64,000 nucleotides of DNA from Eledone cirrhosa (lineage: Eukaryota). Location: the NCBI GenBank assembly GCA_964016885.1, contig OZ024741.1, positions 381,300,001 to 381,364,000 on the forward strand, given 5' to 3'. Shown piece by piece: positions 13,950 to 26,789 of this stretch. Position numbers and translations under genes: made by a program. Position 1 is the stretch's first letter; every line of letters starts with the position of its first letter. The notes under the pieces are model-generated. The model was not told where the DNA came from. It made no database searches and was given only the letters and a program-made list of their open reading frames with translations.

Positions 13950-16900
13950 CTACAGGATGGTATACAGATTTACACGAGCCATTCTCGCCACTATCACCCA
14001 CCTTTCATAAAACTGGCTGTGGCCAAGCACCTCTCTCTCCATTCTTATCCTTCTTCCGAAGTGATATCGGAAGAAGTAGACCAGACTCTGGCCAGAGAGG
14101 AAGTTTCCTGACCTCAGACCTTTCAATCGTGTCCACCAAACAACCTCTTTCCACATGGCTATTACGCACAGAAAAACCGCCTTTGCTTCCTTTGTGAAGA
14201 GGGAGGCGGTTTGATTGTCGTCACGGACTCGGCGGTCAATCGAATCGGCGCCACCCGCGACAGCAGTCGTTCGGCGTAGCCCCACAGATCAGCCACGCCC
14301 GGACATTGCACCAATGCGTGCGCAACGGTTTCTTCGTGATGCACGCATCTAGGGCAAATCTTTTTCGAGGGATCCCTGCCCGGGCGCCCGTGTCTGTAGA
14401 GCCTCTCTCGAACGGGTAGAGCCCCCCGGTAGCACTGCCAGGCTAGTGACTTCTGGAAGTTGTCCATTGGTCCCGGGCCGAAAGTCCTACCGAACAGGCT
14501 GGCCAGTTCGTCCTCTTCCATGTCCAGCGACACTCCAAGGGTGTCATCGCCCCTGCTAGCCACCAGCCCTCTATAGAATGATGAGGTGGATTCTCCACCG
14601 ATGGCCTGGCTCGCTTGCCAGAGAGCCCTGAGCGCCTGAGCACACTAAGTGTGCCAGTCTCCCAGTTTTCCGGATCTTTGCTTGACCCAGGACTGCAGCT
14701 CGGTGAGCGAGACGAGTCTCGGAAAGGCTCGTTTCACGAACGGAGCCCACACCGGTTGACCAGTGAGGAATACCTGTAGGTGCCGTAGCCTTAATGCGTG
14801 CCTACGCATCATCAACCACGGCAACCCCAGCCCTCCTTTCGAAGGTTGTTGGCAGCAGATGGATCTTCTCACCATTGGAGGGCGCTTCTTCCAAAGGAAT
14901 TGGAAGAGCATGCGTTCCATGGTGGTGAGTGTTTCCTTAGGGCAAGGCACGACAGTCAGGCGGTAGTAAGTGACGGACGCTATGTAAATGTTCGCCACCT
15001 CCGCCCGGCCTTTTAGGGACAGCTTACACTTGGCCCATTTCTGGGTTAGTGCAAACACCTTGTTCGTAACCTCGTCCCAGTTCTTTTCCACCTGGAGGTC
15101 CGGTCCAAACCAGACCCCAAGCAACTTTACCGGGCCCTCCGTCCAGTGTCCGACGACACCGTCGGGAGGCATCGGTCTGCCTCTCCACGTTCCGAGTTGC
15201 AGCCCGATGGATTTTTCCCAGTTCAGTTTCGCTCCTGACAACCTTTCGTAATCCTCCAGTAAGGTACCGATCGCCTCGATCTCCGAGTCGATCGATACCA
15301 TTACTGTTACGTCATCGGCGTAGGCCGAGACCGCTTTGCTCAATCCTGGTTCCAGGGGGATACCCTGCAACAACTCCAACTTCCTCAGTAAAGGCTCGAG
15401 AGTCAATACGTACAGAAGGGAGGAGAGAGGGCACCCCTGTCGAATGGATCGTGTGATTTCGAACGGCTTCGAAAGGTAGCCGTTCACCTTGATCCTAGAA
15501 CAGATGTGGTTGCTATGTAAGGCAGTGATCCAGCCTCTGAAAACAGGACCGAACCCAGCCGCCGCTAGCACCGCATCCAGGTAACCATGGTCGACCCTAT
15601 CGAAGGCCTTAGACTGATCCAAGTTGATCAGGGCCCCACCGAAGCCGGGTTTGTTGACAACCCTCTCTATGATGTATCGCATGAGGGGGAGGTTATCGTG
15701 AAAGGACCTGGATGGGATAGCACATGTCTGCGCATCTCCCACCAGGTTACCCACGACAAGCGCCAACCTCTTTGCTAACACCTTGGCCAAAATCTTTAAC
15801 TCTGTGTTTAGCATGGTTATGGGCCGAACATTATTTATACTATCCCCCTTGTTCTCGTCCTTCCTCACCAGCGAGACTACGCCCTTGGCTACAGAACAAG
15901 GAATTCTCCCGTTCTGCTGCCAATTGCAGTAGACCGCTTCGAGGAGTTCGGAGAAGACCGGCATTTCTAAATAAAGTTCGTAAGGTATACCATCGAGACC
16001 TGGAGCTTTGCGTCTGCTGCATTGGCTCAGCGCATCTCCGATCTCATCAGCCGAGATTGGTCCCTCGCAGGACTCTGCCTCTTCGCTCGAGAGACGCGGC
16101 AGGCCGTCGAGGTATGGACCGAAATCCACGTCCCCTCCCGGACCCTCGCCTCCCCCGAATAATCGGGCAAAGTACCTTTGAAAGGCCTCGCACATCTGCT
16201 TGGGCTCCCGGATCACCCGTCCATCCTCGTCTTGCAACGACCGGATGGTGGATCGATTTCCACTCTTACCTTCTGTCACGCAGGCCCAGCCAACGGCTTT
16301 GGCCCCCTCATTACCTAGAGCACGTATTTTACTTCGAATGACGCAGCCTTCGTGCTTTGCATCGAAAAACTGGTTCAAGGCCGTCCTCGATGCCAGCACT
16401 CAGGCCACATCTTCGCTCTTGATTCCCTCTTCTAATTTACCTGTTAATTCTTTCTCGTTTCTATTCCTATCGGCAGTTACTATCTTGCTATAACTTATTG
16501 ATTCTGTTCTAATCTCTCTTTTGAGAGATGCCCACCATCGGTTGTTGACGATTGCACCCGTCAACCTCTCCTTAACTAATCTGCTAATCCGGTTTCTGTA
16601 AGTCTCTTTTGCCGGTAAAGACAAATTAAGTTTCCAGTAACCGGGACCCTGTTTATGTGTTTTCTCGAGATTGACTACCCAGGTCACTAATTTGTGATCC
16701 GTATAGCCAACCGTGCGCATTTTTGGACAGCTTAATATGTCCCTATCCTTACTTCTAACTAAGAATCTATCTAAGTACGATCTAGATTGACCACTGTGTT
16801 TCGTCCAAGTCCAGGTAGGCCAAGTTGGAAAATCTAGTCGATATCTATCGACCAAGTTAAAACGGTCGAGTAACCCCTTGAGGCTGTTACACCCCCCTCT

Positions 16901-17375
16901 ATTAGGACATGCTCCTGCATAGTCCCAACGTGCATCTAGGATGTCATTCCAATCCCCCGCGAGAAGCAGGGAACCCGACGTTCCCAGAAAAGTCTCCAAA
17001 CGCTAGAAGAAGTCGGGCCGTTCAGCTCCGAAAGGGGAGTAGACGACGACCAGTCTCAAGGCCGCACCTTCACTACTGCCAACGTCTAGCACCAACAAAC
17101 GACCCTCCGGGTTCGAGTGAACAACCTGTACGGCAAGACCCAGGTGTTTTTGCAGCAGTACGACGATCCCACCCCCACCTCAAGGTTGACAGAGAGATGC
17201 ATGCACCTCAAAGTCATCGAAGGTAGGGGCCAGCTGCCGCACGACGCTGATCCCGAGTCTCACAGATAACCATTACATTTATACCACATGACCTGAGGTC
17301 ATTTAGAAGCTTTGCTTGCTTCCACGTTGAGCCCAGGCCACGTGCATTCAAACATCCTACTCTTAACACATCCAT
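13950..17375 (-). pseudogene. Tx1-like ORF2: APE endonuclease, reverse transcriptase and C-terminal zinc finger, disrupted
   Basis: MDVLRVGCLNARGL..CET (EN start), AGDWN, SYLDRFL..TDH, PGLDG, RPITMLNTELKILAK, LDQSKAFDRV, QGCPLS, AYADD, CPRC..HALVQC. Stops at ~16400 and ~14645 plus frameshifts. Confidence 0.93.
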
Positions 17376-19255
17376 GTGGGCGGCAAAGCCAAAGGAGAGT
17401 GAAGAGACGTACCTTTCTGCTTCCCGGGGTTCGGGTCGCACGACTTCCATGGGGTCGGGGGTGTTGGGTGAAGGGGTGTCTTGTGGTGGTGTGGGGTCGT
17501 CAGTGTGTGGTGGGGTTGGGGTGTTTGGAGTTGTGTTAGGGAGGGGAAGGGGAGGGGGAAAGCTTTTTAGTAGGACGCGGTTTATGGGTCTGACAGAGGG
17601 TGGTCCTACGTCCTCCTTAAAATCCTTTTTTAGATTTTGGTAGAGGTTCATTGGGATCTTTATTAATTTTAAATGTGGGTAGTTTTCTGAAGAAACAAAG
17701 TTTACACCTTCGGTTTGTACCGAAGTATTATTGTTTATGAGTTCATTTAATTTATTATTGTTTCTGTTGATGTAAGTATAGTGTAATGTCTTATTTTCGG
17801 ATGGTGTGAGTGTTTCGAAGAGGGGAGGGGCAGGTTTGGTTTTGTTTGTTGCTGGAGGGTTGTTTTGTGTTTTGTTGGATTGTGTTGACATTTGGGTGGG
17901 GTTGTTTGGCCTTGTGTGTTTTGCACATGTTTTCTTTTTTTCCTTTTAATCTGTCCGAAGGACTCCCTTTCTTCTTCCGAATTCGTTGGGTTATCTTCAG
18001 TGTTGGAGGGAAGAGGTATGTTTGCTGGTAATGTTTCCATGTTGGTTTTCTTTGTGGGGGAGATCGATGTCACTATGTTAGACTGTGTTGTGTGTTGTGG
18101 CTGCGGTGGTTGTGTTGTTTTATTGAGTGAGGGGTTGGGTGGGCCTGTATTTTGTTTTGGGGTAATGTGTTGTGACTGTTTGTGTTGTTGTGGTGGTGGT
18201 GGAGCTGGTGTTGGTAGCAGGGGTTTTTTTTGTTGAGTTGGGGACAAGCCGCCTTCAGGTGCCCTCTGCCTGCACAGATATGGCAGGACGGTCTTCTCCT
18301 CTCCACGCTAATGTTTATATACCCGTGGCCCTCTAATAGGATTCTGTCGGGCATTTGGGCGATGCGTTCAGGCTTCATTTGCACTACAAGCTCTATACCT
18401 GTTCCACTGAACGCATTGCCTGTGGTTTTCCCAATGGAAATCACGTTGTCATTCGCTGGATCGATGAAGCCAGCTATGAGCCAGCAGTAGTCCACATCTG
18501 GCATCATTGCATCCAGCCATATGCGTTGAGTTCTTTTACCCATATAAGATGGATAAAAGGTAAAATTTTTCGAACGAATCGGTGACAAAGCACATTTTTT
18601 TTTGCCGCCGATTCGTTCTTCATAATAATCGCTAGGCTTCCATACACTCTGTCTTTTCTTATGAAAGTGGTTTCATTAAGTACTTCTGTAAGTACTGTTT
18701 TGATTTCTGTTTGCGTTGGCTGTTCAGGATTTTTAGAAACGTTGTTGATGGTGCGAAAAACACCGTTCGACTTTCAATGACTTTGGTGAGTTCTTGAGGC
18801 ATTTTTACCGATAAAATACCATTTTCTCCTTCAGTTATATATTGTTTGCCGTCTGTAATTCTTTGTGCCACATCTGAAATATTTTCAGGTATATATGTCA
18901 AAGATTTCTTTGTTGTTTGTGCAAATGAAATATTATTGGTGTTGACTTTGTCTTCTCCTTTGCTTTCTGATATGATGTTGTTTTCAAATGTTATTTTTGT
19001 GTTTGTCGTGTCTTTGTTTGTGGTATTAATATTGTCATGCAATTTTTCAAATTTTTTTTTTTCGTTGTTGGAATCAATGTCCAGATTTGTGTTTTCGTCA
19101 TTTTTCTCCGCAGATTCGTCTGTTTTTCTTTTATTTTTTCTTTCCTTCTCTATGACGTTAGTTGGGAAGGAAGGGGGGGGGGGGACTAAAGCGTGCGAGC
19201 TTACAACTCTTACCGCTGTCCCCCCACCACTATTTTCGTTAGCTTCGTTTAACAT
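17376..19255 (-). pseudogene. Tx1-like ORF1 (gag-like nucleic-acid-binding protein), frameshifted
   Basis: Successive fragments 18659-19255, 18073-18588, 17747-18247 and 17376-17891. CHICAGRGHLKAAC is a CX2CX4HX4C knuckle, followed by a Pro/Thr/Gln-rich tail. Confidence 0.8.
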
Positions 19256-19489
19256 TTCTGTCAGACGATTGAAATTTTTTATGCCACAAAATTTAAAAAA
19301 AAAGGTTTTTCACCCCTAGGAGGGGTAAAGATGAGCTGACCCACCGCCTGACAGTTCAGACGGGGGGTCAAGCTACACAATAGTATCAAAATTAAAATTG
19401 AACATACAAAATTTCCGCAATAAATTTGAACAAAACTTCTGCGCGAAGTGAATTACATCTACGCTGTAGAACAGACGACAGCTAGATTA

Positions 19490-19538
<49 letters not shown>

Positions 19539-19552
19539 GAGAGAGATAGATA
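19490..19552. repeat. (ATAG)n tract at the 5' flank of Tx1-like LINE 1
   Basis: Direct reading. Confidence 0.97.
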
Positions 19553-19825
19553 CATAAATATATAACTTACATTCCTCTCGACGACATTGGTGGGGTTTGG
19601 GAATTTAAGCAAATGTAAAAGCGCACATCAAAAGGAATATCCCGTTTGTTGAAATAAATAGAGCGAAAAAAAAAATGAATGTTGCTCTGACGTTCGAATC
19701 ACCATTGACAAGAACAACATCAGCAATGAACCAGCGAAAAGTAAGAATAACATTCAATAAACTAAATCACACTGACATATATAAATAATTGTTTCTAATT
19801 TTGACACAAGGCCAGCAATTACCTA

Positions 19826-20622
<797 letters not shown>

Positions 20623-20801
20623 ATACTTATATTTAAGTAACAGCCGTACTAAGAGTGGGAAATGAAATTTCGTTTCATTTTTTCCATTTATCGTTTTCGG
20701 TGCACCCGGCCGATTAATCCACTCGATATGCAAATTGGGCTACTCACCCGTTAATATGCATAAGGTAAGTATATACGTTCAACAATCTGGCTGGAAGGTA
20801 T

Positions 20802-20844
20802 ACGTTGATGACGATAGCTAATAAGCTTGAAACTAGTACAGCGT
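20802..20844 (+). ncRNA. Minimal type I hammerhead ribozyme motif (C3 mutated)
   Basis: acgttg [ATGACGA] t-agct aata agct-t [GAAA] ctag [TA] cagcgt. 6-bp stem I, palindromic ACTAGT stem III. Confidence 0.7.
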
Positions 20845-20897
20845 TCCTTTGTCATTGTTGAACAAACGAGCAACGATGGTTGCTGGGCACTACGGCT

Positions 20898-20960
<63 letters not shown>

Positions 20961-21628
20961 ACGCATATATATATATTGCTAAACGCATGTTGGAAAGAAA
21001 ACTTCAAGAAACTCTTATTACTAATTCATAGTTTCGTCCTCTATCATATAGTCAAATTATATCCGAGCAAAATATATTTTCTTTTCTTCGCAATAGATTC
21101 AATGACCAGTGTACCATAAAAATAAAAGTGTAAATCACTCTCAATATGTATCAATTTTCCTTCTATACACATAAAGACTCATAACATACACAAACACCCA
21201 CCCACACACGGACACACACACTCACACACATACACATATTCACACATATATGTGTATATAGATATATTTATACATATATCTGTGTCTGTGTGAGTGTATG
21301 TTAGGTAGGCTTGCTGAACACAAGACGAAACCGCTTGGTGTCGCGGTAGGGATTATGCCTTTCTCTCTGCCCCCTCCCTCTCTTTTCCCCCTCTCCCTCT
21401 CTCTGCCTGGTCATTGATATATATATATATATAGTGCCTGCAGAATAAAAAGTTTAAAGGAGTTTCAAATTTCTGGCCTCGTGTTGCTAAATTCCCACCA
21501 ACAGAATCTTACACCAAAGATGATTGAATTGTGTTATGTTGATTATTTTTCATACTATACATCATAGTTAACTACTCAGAATGAACTGTTCTATCCAGAG
21601 GTGAACCACCAACGGCAATGTGTATACT

Positions 21629-22982
<1,354 letters not shown>

Positions 22983-23026
22983 TGAAAAAGAACAAAGGAA
23001 TTATTATGACATTATAACAAGTTTAT

Positions 23027-23073
23027 TGCCGACAGCCGTTTCGTCCGACCATATGGTGGGATTTTTCAAGGCA
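23027..23073 (-). ncRNA. Minimal hammerhead ribozyme motif with U3-A8 core variant
   Basis: Minus strand: tgcc [TTGAAAA] atcc-c-acca ta tggt-c-ggac [GAAA] cggctg [TC] ggca, overlapping AATAAA and followed by (TA)n. Confidence 0.75.
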
Positions 23074-24519
23074 TATAACATGTGATTGTAAGATCATTAT
23101 TTACATCAACGTATCACTCAAGGCTAGCAGTTTGAAATTGTGGTATACATCAGCAGCTCCGCTTGTATAGTTGCGGTCTATATTCTAAGGGGGCTCTTTT
23201 ATATTAGTTGTCGGGGTCAGGGATTGAAGGTTAAAAATTAGATAATATATAATTTACGCATTAACAGTAAACTAAAAGACTTGGGATCCCGTAGAAGCAC
23301 CTTAAAAATCCCTCAATAAGTGCATAAAGCTTACAGGCTCCAATAAACCTAATAAACTAGAAGAAATTAAGAGGCTAATAAAAAAAAATTAAAAAAATAA
23401 AAATAAAAATATAAAGTTTCCCTAAACAATATAAAGTTTCCTATGAAATTCCTTCGAGAGAAAAAAATGTTTTTCCGAAAGAAAAAAACTTTCTTCCCCC
23501 GAGATCACGTTTACAAATTTCAGAAAACTTACGGAGTTTTGATATTCCCTACTAAGTTGAAAGAAACTAATCAATTAAATGTTAATTCAAAGAGCCTTCT
23601 ATAAATCTCTCAGAAAAGGCCCCTTTAATATTTTTAATAGGAACTTCCTCCGAGAGACCCTTCGAAGTATTACAATTTTAGAGAGCCTTTAAGGATATAT
23701 ATAAACGAATTGAGGAAAATTATAAATTAAAAGTTAGAAATTACGGTATTTGGGATATCCGAGGAATTTTCAAAGGGCTGCTTCAACAGATACAACCTAG
23801 GCATAATAGATACAATAATTTAAGTAATTTAAGTAATTTAATTAGGGAGCAATTCAAAGAGTTTATCAAGTTTGGCAAGATTAAAGAAAGTGGTAAATAA
23901 GAAAATACATAAGCAAAAAGACAATAATTATAAAATGTATTTTTAAGAAGGTATAAGGTAGCTTCAGTAATCTAACAATGTATTATAACAAAAAATTATT
24001 ATAAAATTATTGATACAGGATTAACAAAGACATAATAATATATTCCTGCCTAATTAACAAGTAATCATTACACTATTAACAGTCAGGCAAAATTATATAT
24101 ATATATATATATGTTATAGTAAAACAATTTGAAAGGTGGACAGACTGAATATAGCAGGTTCTTTGTCATAAACTGCATTTTTTAATGATATCTTGTTTGT
24201 TTCGTGAAAGAAAAACATATCATATCGGAAGATGTAGTTGGGCAGATGATTTAGGTTCATGTACTCCGAGGTAGCCTACATTGAAAAGCTATTCTAATGA
24301 CAAGTTATTTTGAAATATTTGCGAAACATGTAAACAAACAGTACATCCGCACATCCGATATTCTCACATTTACAAACGCCTATACGCACAGTCGCGCAAA
24401 CCTTCATGCATACATGCAAGAGGATTGCAGCATTTTCACATACGATTTCTGTCTCTTATTGATTCTTCCTTATCATCGTACATGAAAATATACATATGCA
24501 GAAAAATCTTGAGCTGGTT

Positions 24520-25945
24520 ACAACATTCTGAAACGATATATGAATGGAGCTTGGCCAAGATAAATGTTCAAATATAACTGTAAAACGAGGAACATCTACA
24601 ACCCAATCTAGTAACATTTTTATTAATGGCCTAGCTGTTTCACCGATATCTGACTAGGACGGCTACAGAAACCTGGGGATGGATGAGAATATATCCTATA
24701 ATGGTATTTGTAACAAGGAACACGTAACCAGTGAATATTAGACATTACGAAAAACATGGCCATCGGAACTCTCTGCATGCAATAAAACACTGGCTTACAA
24801 TGTGTTTGCTGTGTCTGTCCTATCACCAACGTTTGGACAATAGACAAAATTGGACAATAGACTCAATTGGACAAGAGACAAAATTCGAGTAGTTCATGTT
24901 AAAGCTCGAAATATTCTAAACAACGGCAAGCTCCATATTAAGAGTAATATAGATAAGCAATATAGTCTGTCTTGGACCAATAACCGTTATATTGGATCCC
25001 ACTTTGTGGGATACGGTTTTGAAATGCAAGAACAGGAAATCAACACAAAATACTTGATCCACAAACGAGATAGGGATGCATACAAAACACCTAAATGTGA
25101 CAATAAATGCAGAATCTGCATAATTAACATCGAAGATGTCATCCATGTCATAAGCAGATGCCCAGAGATGTCATTACGGTACTATCTACCTATGAGGCAT
25201 GATGTAGTGGACAAAACACTGTACAATGCAATCCATAGAACAGATAGCCCCGACAGTAAACACATTAAAAGCTATAGCAATGTGGAAGACATGCATATGC
25301 ATAATATAAGAGAATACTAGTGGAAAGTTCCAGTAAAAGCCCCAGCAAAATGCAAGCATAACACACCAGAATAAACGATATGGGGCAGGGAAAAGAAGTT
25401 ATGCAGAAGGGTGGAAGTTAGCTGCCCAGCAGATTCCAATATAATATTAAAAATTAGCTAACATAAGAATATTTATGCAGAACTAATGATAAAGCTACAG
25501 ATACTCCACCCTCACTATACCATCAGATTTATGTTTGTGATAATTGTGCCACTGGGATATGTTAGTAACTGACTCAGTACAAATATTGAGAAGCTGGGCT
25601 TCACAGAAACAGAAAGAACACAACTAGTTAAGAAATTACAGGTGCAATCCATTAATGGAACACTAAAATTACGTAAAACATTCCAAAACTTCTGCATCTC
25701 ATAACTGCATATACATTTGTTCAGATCATGTGTACATGCACAAATCATATGCGCATGCACACATATAACACAAAATATGCACATCCACATATACAATAAC
25801 ATCCATACCTACACACACATGAATGCATGCAGATATGCATACATATTTACTTAGTTCATGTGTAAATTACAATGAGAGAGTCTTGTAAGTATGGTACAAA
25901 CCGACTCTCTGTATATTGACAAAATATTGTAAAATTATAAAACCA
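24520..25945 (+). pseudogene. Decayed R4/Dong-like RLE LINE 3' fragment
   Basis: [34 protein letters not shown] followed by degenerate RLE sequence. Closely parallels the 48479-50350 element. Ends at (CA)n. Confidence 0.82.
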
Positions 25946-26114
25946 CAGACACACACACACACACACACATAATATATATAATTAATTTATTGATTTATTA
26001 CATATTGTCCTTTCATTGAGATGCCTACGTATTGGACACAGATAAATTATATATATATAAGTTTTAGTATACAAGTGCTTCTAGAGGACTAGAACTGTAT
26101 ATATATATACATAT

Positions 26115-26768
26115 AGCTGGCTTCTTACTCTATTTTTAATTCATATGTATCACATCCGCAACAACGCAGCGCGTCATTTTTCATCGCTATATTTTTTTCC
26201 CTTCGAGTGACCTGTCTCTTTCTCTTCCCTAAATGCTATCCTCTTTCTCTCTCCTCCTTCTCTCTCTTTGTACCTCTTATTTTCATTCACCCCCTCTGCT
26301 AGTCACCCTCTCTCGGCTAGCCTCTTCCTCACACTTTCACTCACTTATTCTCTGCTACTCACCCTCTCTCACTCCTACCCGTCTGACTTGCGTGAAATTC
26401 TTGTCTCGCTCACATTTCGCATGGCTTGGATGCGTCTTTCGACTTCGGGTCAATGATTCGCCAGATCTTACGTTCACTTGTATCACTGACTTGATTTTTC
26501 ACCCTTTACGTTGCCTTACCATTCTTGTTTGTTTACATGTCTCTCTCTTTCTCCACCCAATTCTTTTTATCCCAATAAATGTTTAACCCAATAACATTAT
26601 TTAGTTATTGCTCGCGCTGGCCTGAGGTATATGATCTTTAATGCTAAGAAATACCTATGATGGTGAGAAGATCCCTGATGACGGATAGTCCTGGCTTCTT
26701 ACTTTATTTTTTTTATTCATATGTAACACATCTGCAACAACGCAGCACGCCATTTGTCATCCTTATAA
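26115..26768 (+). mobile_element. Non-coding unit with ~75-bp terminal direct repeats between (TA)n tracts (pLTR-like)
   Basis: ctggcttcttact..catatgta.cacatc.gcaacaacgcagc.cg.cattt.tcatc..tata at 26117-26190 and 26691-26766. A related sequence occurs inverted at ~32700-32900. Confidence 0.6.
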
Positions 26769-26789
26769 ATATATATATATATATTTAAG

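Larger units (their letters stand above)
13741..19485 (-). mobile_element. Full-length Tx1/L1-clade LINE (copy 1), lightly decayed, inserted in (ATAG)n
   Basis: ORF1 with zinc knuckle, ORF2 with APE-RT-CCHC, and 5' and 3' UTRs. Ends ATAAAGAAAT then (CTAT)n. (ATAG)n on both flanks. Confidence 0.93.
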
